NCBI GenBank assembly: GCA_002347565.1
Contig: DDXR01000075.1
Location: 13,932-77,931 of the forward strand
DNA from: a bacterium UBP2_UBA2255
GTDB taxonomy: Bacteria; Edwardsbacteria; AC1; EtOH8
DNA length: 64,000 nucleotides
Reading direction: 5' to 3'
The position numbers and the translations under genes were made by a program. Under the pieces are notes generated by a model that ran no database searches, was not told the DNA's origin, and saw only the letters and a program-made list of their open reading frames with translations. Of this stretch, positions 55,085-62,947 are shown piece by piece. The first letter of the stretch is position 1; each line of letters starts with the position of its first letter.

Positions 55085-55118
55085 GGGCTGCCTTATCTCG
55101 ATAAGCGCAGCCCTTTTT
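55085..55118 (+). terminator. Rho-independent terminator after rpmB
   Basis: Stem GGGCTGCCTTATC / GATAAG(C)GCAGCCC followed by TTTTT. Confidence 0.7.
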
Positions 55119-55125
55119 CCCGCCG

Positions 55126-55626
55126 GTGACCATCCCCCGCTGCTGCGCCCGCTGCGGCGCTCGCCTGCGCACCCGCAGGCTCGACGGCCATCCCCGGCTC
55201 TGCTGCCCGGCCTGCGGCCGCGTTGCCTACGTCAACCCGACGCCGGCCGTGGGCGTGGTCATGACCTCCGGCGGGAAGCTGGTGATGGTGCGGCGCAGGT
55301 TCGCACCCAAGGCCGGCCGCTGGTCGCTGCCGGCCGGGTTCATGGAGTACGGCGAGCCGCCCCGGCGTTGCGCGATCCGAGAGTGCCGCGAGGAGACCGG
55401 GGCCCGCATCAGGCTGGGCGGGCTGGTGGGCGTCTACAGCGGCGACGACGACCCGCGCTGCCACGCCGTCCTGATCGTCTACCGGGCGGAGTTGCTGTCG
55501 CGGCGGATGACAGCCGGCGACGACGCCTCGGAGATCGGACTGTTCGCCTTCTCCCGCCTGCCCCGGGACATCGCTTTCCGCGCCCACCGTCAGGCCATCC
55601 GGGACTACCTGAAGACTGTTTTTTAA
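55126..55626 (+). CDS. NUDIX hydrolase with N-terminal zinc ribbon
   Basis: CCARCG...CCPACG ribbon. Nudix box GFMEYGEPPRRCAIRECREETG. Confidence 0.85.
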   Translation: MTIPRCCARCGARLRTRRLDGHPRLCCPACGRVAYVNPTPAVGVVMTSGGKLVMVRRRFAPKAGRWSLPAGFMEYGEPPRRCAIRECREETGARIRLGGLVGVYSGDDDPRCHAVLIVYRAELLSRRMTAGDDASEIGLFAFSRLPRDIAFRAHRQAIRDYLKTVF

Positions 55627-55707
55627 GGAACCCATGAAACCAGGAATGATATTCATGCCTTCCTGGCCTCCTTATTGTCGTGACCGGTTTCCCCTGGGAG
55701 GTGGACC

Positions 55708-56139
55708 TTGAAGTTCGCCGGGCGCCTGCTGGGCCTGGACCTGGGCAGGAAGCGCGTGGGCGTGGCCGTCAGCGACGAGACGGCGGCGATCGCCAGCCCG
55801 TTGGCGACGATCGCGATCAGGGGCCGCGCTGACCTGGCGGCGCAGGTCAGCGCTCTGGTCCGCGAGCACCGCGTCGTCGCGGTGGTGACCGGGCATCCCT
55901 CGAAACTGGACGGCTCGGACAGCAGCTTCACGCCGGAGGCTCGCCGGCTCACGGAGTTCCTCCGCGGGTCGTTGGAGGTCCCGGTGTACGAGTACGACGA
56001 GCGCTTCACCAGCGCCATCGCCCAGCGCGCGCTCCACGCCGCCGGCAGGAAGCTCAAGGGCCACCGGGCCGACATCGACAAGATCGCCGCGGCCGTGATG
56101 CTCAACGATTTCCTGACGCGCCATGCGGATCGCAACTAG
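55708..56139 (+). CDS. ruvX: Holliday-junction resolvase-like nuclease RuvX/YqgF
   Basis: TTG start with SD GGGAGGTGG. LLGLDLGRKRVGVAVSDE motif. Confidence 0.9.
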   Translation: MKFAGRLLGLDLGRKRVGVAVSDETAAIASPLATIAIRGRADLAAQVSALVREHRVVAVVTGHPSKLDGSDSSFTPEARRLTEFLRGSLEVPVYEYDERFTSAIAQRALHAAGRKLKGHRADIDKIAAAVMLNDFLTRHADRN

Positions 56140-57136
56140 CCACATCGTGATCGCCGCCGCCGCCACCGCGCTGCTGCTGCTGCTGGCGCTGGCCCCGGCT
56201 TTCGTCACCCCCGGCGTGCCCCAGGGCTGGCAGCCCAGGGTCGTCACCGTGCCGCGCGGCGCCGGCGGCGCCAGGATCGCCGCACTGCTGGCGGCCGCGG
56301 GCGTGATCGACCGTCCGCGCTACTTCAGGGCAGTCTCTTCGCTGCGGGGGGCGAACTCGCGGCTCAAGGCGGGGCGCTACCGTTTCGCCTACCCCCTGTC
56401 GGCCTGGGAAGCGGTGGGCCAGCTGGCCAGCGGCGCGGTGGTCTACAACTCGGTGACCGTGCCCGAGGGGTTCGTGATGGCCCGGATCGCCGGCGTGCTC
56501 CAGGCGGCGGTCGGGGTCGACAGCGCGTCGTTCATGTCGGTCTGCGCCGACTCGGCCTTCCTGGCGTCGGCGGGCGTGCCGGCCTCCAGCGCCGAGGGCT
56601 ACCTCTTCCCCTCCACCTATGAGATCGAATGGGCCACCCCGGCCGACCGCGTCGCGAAACTGATGCTCGGCCACTGCCTGGAGCTGTTCACACCCGAGTG
56701 GCGGTCCCGGATGGAAGCGGACGGACGGAGTCTGCACCAGGTCATCACCATGGCCTCGCTGGTCGAGGCCGAGGCCCAGGTCGATTCCGAGCGGGTGCTG
56801 GTGGCCTCGGTGTTCTACAACCGGCTGCGCCTGCGGCGGCCGCTGGAATCGTGCGCCAGCATCGAGTACATCCTGCCCCGGCGCAAGAAGACCCGGCTGA
56901 CCTACAATGACCTCAAACGGCCATCGCCCTACAACACCTACCTCAACCGCGGCCTGCCGCCCGGGCCGGTGTGCAGCCCGGGCAAGAGATCGCTCCAGGC
57001 GGCGGTTTTCCCGGCGAAATCTGACTACCTCTACTTCGTGTCCCGCGGCGACGGCGGGCACGTGTTCAGCAGGACGCTGGAGGAGCACATCAGGGCCAAG
57101 AACATGATCATCAGGATGCGAAACCGCCAGGAGTGA
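56123..57136 (+). CDS. mltG: Endolytic murein transglycosylase MltG (YceG-like)
   Basis: N-terminal TM helix. ...ASLVEAEA... and ...PYNTYLNRGLPPGPV... motifs. Confidence 0.9.
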   Translation: MRIATSHIVIAAAATALLLLLALAPAFVTPGVPQGWQPRVVTVPRGAGGARIAALLAAAGVIDRPRYFRAVSSLRGANSRLKAGRYRFAYPLSAWEAVGQLASGAVVYNSVTVPEGFVMARIAGVLQAAVGVDSASFMSVCADSAFLASAGVPASSAEGYLFPSTYEIEWATPADRVAKLMLGHCLELFTPEWRSRMEADGRSLHQVITMASLVEAEAQVDSERVLVASVFYNRLRLRRPLESCASIEYILPRRKKTRLTYNDLKRPSPYNTYLNRGLPPGPVCSPGKRSLQAAVFPAKSDYLYFVSRGDGGHVFSRTLEEHIRAKNMIIRMRNRQE

Positions 57137-57145
57137 TCCCCGGCG
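57121..57145 (+). repeat. Hairpin repeat, family R3, copy a (forms the last codons and stop of mltG)
   Basis: AAACCGCCAGGAGTGATCCCCGGCG. The GAG-TGA is the mltG stop. Confidence 0.6.
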
Positions 57146-57225
57146 AATATCTTGCACGCCTCGCTCCGTTAGCCGCGGCGCTGGTGTCGACCTCACCCAC
57201 TTCGAACTTGCTCAGCGCATGCCTG

Positions 57226-57257
57226 CCCCTCCCCAGATTAGTCTGGAGAGGGGTTTT
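57226..57257 (+). terminator. Rho-independent terminator after mltG
   Basis: Stem CCCCTCCCC / GGAGAGGGG (8 of 9 pairs) with a 10-nt loop, followed by TTTT. Confidence 0.6.
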
Positions 57258-57291
57258 CGCGTAGTAATCTGCCAAGCGATCCGTGGCTCAT

Positions 57292-57333
57292 GCCCCAGCC
57301 CCTCTCCGAATGCGTTCGGAGAGGGGCTGGGGC
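57292..57333. terminator. Long perfect hairpin between convergent mltG and the TPR gene
   Basis: 19-bp perfect stem GCCCCAGCCCCTCTCCGAA / TTCGGAGAGGGGCTGGGGC with loop TGCG. Shares the CCCCTCTCC/GGAGAGGGG core with the 57226 hairpin. Confidence 0.55.
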
Positions 57334-57393
57334 AGGTCCAGTACCGTCATCACCGCACGGCATCCTGCCGCTAGTGTCAGGCCGATATCAACG

Positions 57394-57424
57394 ACCGCCA
57401 GGAGTGATTCCTGGCGGTCTTGCG
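57394..57424 (+). repeat. Hairpin repeat, family R3, copy b
   Basis: ACCGCCAGGAGTGATTCCTGGCGGTCTTGCG. About 10-bp stem with a 6-nt loop. Lies 40 nt beyond the TPR gene stop. Confidence 0.6.
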
Positions 57425-57463
57425 ATTCGAACGGCGTTTCATCGGCCAGCAGGGCGCTTACCG

Positions 57464-58630
57464 CTACGGCAGTGCGGCGAGACGTTTGCGCACCGGCCCG
57501 GGGTCCAGTTCCAGCCGCTGCGCCATCTCCAGGCATTCGGACAGCGCGCCGCGCGCCTCGTCCGCCCTGCCCAGCGAAGCCAGGCAGTCGGCCCTGCCCT
57601 GCAGGCCGTTGTACAGCTGCCAGTCCAGGCAGTGCTCCCGCGCCAGCGCCACCCCCTTGTCGATCAGTTCCAGCCCGCCCGCGCCGTCGCCCTGCTGCGC
57701 CGCGATCTGTCCCATCAGCGAATAGCTTTCGGCGATGAACTCCCGGAAGCCGTTGGCCTCGGCGATCCGCACCAGCTCCCGCAGGTCGGCGACGGCCTCG
57801 TCCAGCCGCCCCAGCCGCTGCAGGGTCTCGGCCCGCTTGCCGTAGATCACCGCCCAGCGCTGCGGGTCCTTCAGGGCGTGCTCCAGCGCGATGGCCCGCC
57901 CCAGCTCGATGTCGCGCAGCCCCTCCGCCGGATTGCCGCTTTCGTTCTCGATGTTCGCCATGTTCAGCCAGCAGGACGACAGCCCGTTGTAGTCATGGAT
58001 CGCCTGGCGGATCCGCAGCGACTCCGTCAGGCTGATCCGGGCGCCGGCCGCGTCGCCCAGCGACCACTGCACCTGGCTCATCGAAGCCAGCACGTGCGCG
58101 ATGCGGAAGCGGTCGTTGAACTCGCGGAACAACGCCAGCACCCGCCGGTAGTGCTCCAGCGCCCGGGCGCAGGCGCCCTTGATGTTGGCGATGTTGGCCA
58201 GGTTGTGCTCCACCAGCGCGGCGGACAGCCGGTCGCCCATCCCGTCATACAGCGCGCGGGCCTCGGTGAAGGCCGCCGCGCCCTCCTCGAACTGGCAGCG
58301 CCGCAGGTGGATGTTGCCCTTGGCGTTGAGGGCCTGGGCCAGGTGGCGCGGGTAGCGCTGCGCCTCCGGCTGCGAGCGCACCACGGCCGCCAGCTCCAGC
58401 CCGCGGTCAAGTTTGCCGGTCTGGTAACAGAGGTGGCTCTTCTTGGCCAGGCACTGCAGCACCAGCTCCCGGTCGCCGGCCCGCGCGGCCAGGGCCTGCG
58501 CCCGCTCGGCCTCGGCCATCGCATCGTCGAACCGCGACAGCAGCTGCAGCACCTGCCCGCGGTCGTAGCGGACCTCGGCCAAGTCGGCCAGCGAGGGCAG
58601 CCAGTCGTTCGCGTACTTACCGGAGCGCAT
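57464..58630 (-). CDS. Stand-alone tetratricopeptide-repeat protein
   Basis: Repeated A-x-x-x-Y/L...G...A 34-residue-like helical pairs throughout. No enzymatic or NTPase motif seen. Confidence 0.7.
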   Translation of the reverse strand: MRSGKYANDWLPSLADLAEVRYDRGQVLQLLSRFDDAMAEAERAQALAARAGDRELVLQCLAKKSHLCYQTGKLDRGLELAAVVRSQPEAQRYPRHLAQALNAKGNIHLRRCQFEEGAAAFTEARALYDGMGDRLSAALVEHNLANIANIKGACARALEHYRRVLALFREFNDRFRIAHVLASMSQVQWSLGDAAGARISLTESLRIRQAIHDYNGLSSCWLNMANIENESGNPAEGLRDIELGRAIALEHALKDPQRWAVIYGKRAETLQRLGRLDEAVADLRELVRIAEANGFREFIAESYSLMGQIAAQQGDGAGGLELIDKGVALAREHCLDWQLYNGLQGRADCLASLGRADEARGALSECLEMAQRLELDPGPVRKRLAALP

Positions 58631-58696
58631 TATCGATAGAGCATGCTCATGACAGGATGATAGGGCATACCGCCGCGCAAGTCAAGCCGAATGAAA

Positions 58697-58732
58697 AACC
58701 GCCGGGAGTGATCCATGGCGGTTCCTCTTGCG
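58697..58732 (+). repeat. Hairpin repeat, family R3, copy c
   Basis: AACCGCCGGGAGTGATCCATGGCGGTTCCTCTTGCG. Lies 67 nt upstream of the TPR gene start. Confidence 0.6.
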
Positions 58733-58751
58733 TTTGGGCGAGTGGCTAGCA

Positions 58752-59075
58752 TCAAAAACTGGCATCGACAGCCAATAGCTTCTGCGCAATCGGCCGCAGT
58801 CTGTCACGTATCGCTCGTGTCGCATCGCACTTCTCTGCATGTCCGTAAATGCCTATCTCACTATCCATCAAATATTCGATGAGATCGTTCTCGGCTCCGT
58901 TGCTGGTAAGTATCCGATAGATCTGGGCGATATAGCTATCGTATTCATCCTTCGGTCCCCAACCACTGACACCGATAGGGTCCCAGTCATCGTACAGAAC
59001 ACGTCGAATGGCATCCTGAATTTCAGCCGCCCTTTTTGTGCGTATGTTTTTCCTTATTATTGTGTTTACCATCAT
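58752..59075 (-). CDS. Small hypothetical protein in a low-GC islet (immunity-protein-like/DUF1871-like pattern, unverified)
   Basis: 107-aa ORF in a region of about 40-50% G+C (hand counts of two 60-nt lines). WDPIGV...DEYDSYI pattern recalls small immunity/DUF1871-type proteins. Confidence 0.45.
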   Translation of the reverse strand: MMVNTIIRKNIRTKRAAEIQDAIRRVLYDDWDPIGVSGWGPKDEYDSYIAQIYRILTSNGAENDLIEYLMDSEIGIYGHAEKCDATRAIRDRLRPIAQKLLAVDASF

Positions 59076-59168
59076 ACGTCATTTCTCGCTTGCCTTCACC
59101 CACGATGGCCGTGTGCCCCTGCACTTTTCATCAATAACATCGGGCACCTCACTTGTATGCCCGTGGGC

Positions 59169-60041
59169 CTACCCTAACCCCAGTTCCCTCAAATCCCCTT
59201 CTTTCCTCCGCCACTTCTCCCTCACCTTCACCCACAGCTCCAGGTACACCGGCCGTTCCAGCAGCGTCTCGATGTCCTTCCGCGCCATGGTGCCGATGGC
59301 CTTGAGCTTGCGGCCCTGCGCGCCGATCACCATCGCCTTCTGCGAGGGCTTCTCCACCCAGATGGTGGCGCGGATCACGTCCTTGCGGCCCTCCTGCTCC
59401 TTGAAGTCGTCGATCACCACCGCGGTGGAGTACGGCACCTCGGCCCCGAACGACATGAAGATCTTCTCGCGGATGATCTCGGCCACGAAGAACTGCTCGG
59501 GCTGGTCGGTCAGGGTCTCCGGGTCGTAGAACGGCATGCCCTGCGGCAGGTGCGCCACGATGCCTCGGCGCAGGTCCTCGACCCCGAACTTGGTCAGCGC
59601 CGAGATCGGGTAGATCTCGTCGCAGCCGGTGGCCTGGTGCACTTTGGCGATCGACGCCAGCAGGGCCTCCTTGATCACCAGGTCGATCTTGTTGATGACG
59701 ATGATGGTCCGCTTCTTGCGGTAGGTCGTGAAGAAGGCCTGGTCCTCGGGCTTGAGGCCGTCCACCGCGTCCAGCAGGAACAGCAGCAGGTCCGCTTCCC
59801 TGATGCTGGTCTCGGCGATGGCCAGCAGCTTCTCCTGCATCCCGTACTTGGGCGCCAGCAGGCCGGGCGTGTCCAGGAACACGATCTGGTGGCCCGGGCC
59901 GTTGTCGACGCCCAACACCCGCTGGCGCGTGGTCTGGGGCCGGGGGCTGACGATCGACAGCTTGGTCCCCAGCATGGCGTTGAGCAGGGTCGACTTGCCG
60001 ACATTGGGCTTGCCGGCGATGGCTACGTACCCGACGTTCAC
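59169..60041 (-). CDS. era: GTPase Era
   Basis: GTG start. G1 GKPNVGKST, G3 DTPG, G4 NKID, C-terminal KH domain. Confidence 0.95.
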   Translation of the reverse strand: MNVGYVAIAGKPNVGKSTLLNAMLGTKLSIVSPRPQTTRQRVLGVDNGPGHQIVFLDTPGLLAPKYGMQEKLLAIAETSIREADLLLFLLDAVDGLKPEDQAFFTTYRKKRTIIVINKIDLVIKEALLASIAKVHQATGCDEIYPISALTKFGVEDLRRGIVAHLPQGMPFYDPETLTDQPEQFFVAEIIREKIFMSFGAEVPYSTAVVIDDFKEQEGRKDVIRATIWVEKPSQKAMVIGAQGRKLKAIGTMARKDIETLLERPVYLELWVKVREKWRRKEGDLRELGLG

Positions 60042-60058
60042 CGCGGACCACGCCCCTC

Positions 60059-60123
60059 GTCATCCCCGCGAAAGCGGGGATCCAAGTTCTGGGAATGGAT
60101 TCCCGCCTGCGCGGGAATGACAC
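60059..60123. repeat. Family R1 copy E3: two inverted hairpin modules
   Basis: GTCATCCCCGCGAAAGCGGGGATCC (60059-60083) faces the reverse complement of GTGTCATTCCCGCGCAGGCGGGAATCC (60097-60123). Confidence 0.7.
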
Positions 60124-60143
60124 CGCTGGGGATCATCTGATGG

Positions 60144-60671
60144 TCAATCCTTCTTGGGGACGACCTTCTCGTAGGAGGGCTCGCCGGTCTCCACGTCGGT
60201 GCCGAACAGCTTGATGGAGTCCGGCTTGGAGTCGCCCGGGGCAAAGATGTACATCTTGTCGAAGTACGACGGCCGGCCGTCGATCAGCATCTCGGCGCGG
60301 GCCGCGCCGTCCTTGAGGTAGACCCTGATCAGCCGGTCCTTGAACGGCTTGAGGGTCATCCGGAACCGGCCGGCGCCGTCGGGCTTGATGTTGAAGCCGT
60401 AGACCTTGGTGCGCTCGATGAAGTTCATGCCCTCGGTGGTCTTGCCGCTGGGGTCCTTGGCCCACATGATCCAGTTGGCCCTGACCGGCTCCTTGGGGTC
60501 GAGGGCGCCGTCGGCGCCGACGACTGCCTGGTAGTACAGCTTGTTGGCGTTCTTGGTGCGCTCGATCACGAACAGCGGCTGGGTGGTCTGGGCTAAGGCG
60601 GCCGCGACTAGGGCGAACGCCGCCACAGCGAGGATCAACGGTCTGCGCATCGGTGGTACTCCTTGCATCAT
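60144..60671 (-). CDS. Secreted hypothetical protein (DUF4833-like, unverified)
   Basis: Signal peptide MRRPLILAVAAFALVAAALA (start may be at 60650). LFVIERTKNANKLYY segment resembles my memory of DUF4833. Confidence 0.45.
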   Translation of the reverse strand: MMQGVPPMRRPLILAVAAFALVAAALAQTTQPLFVIERTKNANKLYYQAVVGADGALDPKEPVRANWIMWAKDPSGKTTEGMNFIERTKVYGFNIKPDGAGRFRMTLKPFKDRLIRVYLKDGAARAEMLIDGRPSYFDKMYIFAPGDSKPDSIKLFGTDVETGEPSYEKVVPKKD

Positions 60672-60677
60672 GCTTGG

Positions 60678-60805
60678 GTGTCATTCCCGCGCAGGCGGGA
60701 ATCCATTTTCAGTTGACGGAAGCCATCCGGTGTCTGTGTCCCCTGCGTGGTCCCGTTGATCCCTGCTGGAGTTTACCCCATGCGGGGACATGGGGCAGGG
60801 ATGAC
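60678..60805 (+). repeat. Family R1 (subfamily A) copy E4, long form
   Basis: GTGTCATTCCCGCGCAGGCGGGAATCC...GATCCCTGCTGGAGTTTACCCCATGCGGGGACATGGGGCAGGGATGAC. About 45 nt longer than E5. Confidence 0.75.
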
Positions 60806-60822
60806 GGTCCGGCGAAGGTTCA

Positions 60823-61530
60823 TCATCCCGACGCCAGCTGCTTGGCCGCCATGGTCAGGTCGGTCAGCACCTTCTGGTACGCCATCCAGTCCGGCAGCCC
60901 CTTCTGCACCCGGCAGACGATGGCGTTGTCGTCGATCACGGTGTCGGGCTGCGCCCGGTAGGAGTCCAGCAGGGCCTTGCGCACCTCGGGCCGCTTCACC
61001 AGGTACTTGACCTTCATCTGGTCGTCGCCCTTGACGAACACCGCCTTGTCGAACGCCTCGTCGCCGGCCTCGATCCGCTGGCCGGAGGGCGCGCCGAAGC
61101 TGCGGCGGAAGAAGTTGTTCGAGGTCGCCTTCAGCCCCAGCCCCAGCGGCCCGGGGAACGAGACGGTGAACACCGTGTAGGTCTTCTTGTCGCTGCGCTG
61201 GGTGCGGATGTCGACGGCGAAGCCGTTGTACTTGCCGGTGACGGCCGGTGGCGCCAGGCTCTTCAGCATCCGCGTCAGGGCGCCGTCCCGGTCCAGCTGC
61301 CGCAGCCGCTGTTGGGTGCGCTGGGGATCGCCGCTGCGGATGGCGAGGGCGTCCAGCGAGGGCCGGCCCGGGGCCTGCTCGCTGTACTGCAGGCCCAGCT
61401 TGCTCGCCACGTCCCGGAGCTTTTTTCGCTCGGCCTGGCCGCGCCGGTAGCCCAGGTAGAGCGACAGCGGCAGCACCACCAGGAAGATGACCAGCGGCAG
61501 GATGTTGTGGAGGTCGATCGAGAAGTTCAT
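60823..61530 (-). CDS. Hypothetical N-terminally anchored membrane protein
   Basis: One TM helix (ILPLVIFLVVLPLSLYLGY), then a soluble domain with no recognisable motif. Confidence 0.5.
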   Translation of the reverse strand: MNFSIDLHNILPLVIFLVVLPLSLYLGYRRGQAERKKLRDVASKLGLQYSEQAPGRPSLDALAIRSGDPQRTQQRLRQLDRDGALTRMLKSLAPPAVTGKYNGFAVDIRTQRSDKKTYTVFTVSFPGPLGLGLKATSNNFFRRSFGAPSGQRIEAGDEAFDKAVFVKGDDQMKVKYLVKRPEVRKALLDSYRAQPDTVIDDNAIVCRVQKGLPDWMAYQKVLTDLTMAAKQLASG

Positions 61531-61561
61531 GCGGGCGTTTCCTCAACGACTGTACGTGGTC

Positions 61562-61645
61562 GTGTCATTCCCGCGAACGCGGGAATCCAGGATGTACTGA
61601 TGCCAGCCGGAGTTCACCCCATCGCAGGATGGGGCTGGCATGACA
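61562..61645 (+). repeat. Family R1 (subfamily A) copy E5
   Basis: GTGTCATTCCCGCGAACGCGGGAATCCAGG...GATGCCAGCCGGAGTTCACCCCATCGCAGGATGGGGCTGGCATGACA. Confidence 0.75.
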
Positions 61646-61674
61646 ACCGGGCGGGGTTCCCGGTCTTTCGGCGA

Positions 61675-62796
61675 TCATTCGACCAGCTTCGCCGGCTCGC
61701 CCTGCTCCAGCTGCCGTCCGGCGGCGTTCTCCAGCTTGTCCTCGAACCGCACCAGCCGCTTCTCGGCCTCGTCGAACTTCTTGGCGGCGTTGCCGATGTG
61801 CCCGCCCAGCTTGTCGAAGTCGTCGCGGAACCGGCCCAGGTCGCCCCGCAGCTGGGCCAGGGAGTCGATGATCTCCTGGGCCCGCTCCTCCACCCGCATC
61901 CCCCGCAGCCCCAGGATGATCGCCTGGAGGTAGGCGTAGAACGAGTTGGGAGAGACCGGGATCACGTGCTGCTCGATGGCGTAGGCCGAGATCGACTTGT
62001 CCTCGCCGAAGTTCTCGTCCTTGATGATGGTCTCGTAGTAGACGTTCTCGGCCGGGATGTACATCAGGGCGAAGTCGAACGTGCCCTGGTCCGGCAGGAT
62101 GTACTTCCTGGCGATGGCGTCGACGTGCTTCTTGACGTCGCGGGAGAACTCCTTGCGCCACTTCCTGCGGTCGTCGTCGCCCTGGGTCTCGACCATCTTG
62201 CGGAAGTTCTCCAGCGGGAACTTGGCGTCGACGCAGACCATCCGGTGGGACAGCTTGACCACCGCGTCCACGGTCTCCCCGCTCTTGAACGGGTACTGCA
62301 GCTCGAAGTGGTGCGGCGGCAGGATCTGGGCCAGCAAGTCGCCCAGGAAGTACTCGCCCAGCCCGCCGCGGATCTTGGGGGCCCGCAGGATGTCCTGCAG
62401 GGACGAGATGTCCTTGCCGATCTCCTGGATGTGTTCGGCGGTCTTGCCCAGCGTGCCCAGCTGCTTCTGGACGTCGCTGATGACGCGGGCCGCGTTGTCC
62501 AGCCGCTCGCCGGTCGAGCGCGAGCTGGCGTCCAGCCGTTGAGCGACGGACTCCATCGTCTTGGCGAGCCGTGCGTCGACCTCAGACAGCCGGGCATCGA
62601 GCATCTGACGCTGGCTGTCCATCGACCCGCGCGTGCTCTCCAGCCACTGGGTCACCAGCTTGACGGCCTGGTCGTCCTGCTGGGACGCGGCCAGCGCCTC
62701 GATCTGCTTCTTGGTGGCGCGCTGCAGCAGGAACAGGCCCAGCCCGGTGACCAGGATCAGTGCTCCGATCAGGATGTAGATCAACATGGAATGCAA
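61675..62796 (-). CDS. rmuC: DNA recombination protein RmuC
   Basis: N-terminal TM helix, long coiled coil, and a C-terminal nuclease-like region with FALMYIPAENVYYE. Confidence 0.85.
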   Translation of the reverse strand: MHSMLIYILIGALILVTGLGLFLLQRATKKQIEALAASQQDDQAVKLVTQWLESTRGSMDSQRQMLDARLSEVDARLAKTMESVAQRLDASSRSTGERLDNAARVISDVQKQLGTLGKTAEHIQEIGKDISSLQDILRAPKIRGGLGEYFLGDLLAQILPPHHFELQYPFKSGETVDAVVKLSHRMVCVDAKFPLENFRKMVETQGDDDRRKWRKEFSRDVKKHVDAIARKYILPDQGTFDFALMYIPAENVYYETIIKDENFGEDKSISAYAIEQHVIPVSPNSFYAYLQAIILGLRGMRVEERAQEIIDSLAQLRGDLGRFRDDFDKLGGHIGNAAKKFDEAEKRLVRFEDKLENAAGRQLEQGEPAKLVE

Positions 62797-62838
62797 GCCG
62801 CAGTAGTTGTTATCCGCTTCACCTCGTCCGGAGACGAT

Positions 62839-62930
62839 GGCGTCACCCTGAGATGCCTTTCGGGCCTAGCAAGGTAGTGGGTTATCCCTCAAATCGCAAG
62901 GCATGGGGTTTTGTCGGGATGACTGACGCC
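62839..62930 (+). repeat. Family R1 (subfamily B) copy E6
   Basis: GGCGTCACCCTGAGATGCCTTTCGGG...GTCGGGATGACTGACGCC with terminal inverted ends GGCGTCA/TGACGCC. Confidence 0.5.
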
Positions 62931-62947
62931 ATTGACCGCATCGGTTG

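Noticed and set aside
57121-58732. Integron-like cassette array, with the R3 hairpins acting as attC sites around the TPR gene.
   Set aside because: The hairpins are only about 25-35 nt and lack recognisable R''/R' core sites (RYYYAAC/GTTRRRY). There is no intI or attI in the window, and the flanked gene is in the opposite orientation to mltG.
59149-60244. ORFs 59149-60123(-) and 60038-60244(-), with peptides such as SFPRRRESIPRTWIPAFAGMT and AQAGIHSQNLDPRFRGDD.
   Set aside because: These strings are translations of the R1 repeat hairpins, and the first ORF is an alternative frame of era. Neither is a real gene.
60059-62930. CRISPR-like array suggested by regularly recurring palindromic repeats.
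   Set aside because: The repeats are 65-130 nt, differ in length and sequence, and are separated by whole protein-coding genes (0.5-1.1 kb). No cas genes are present.
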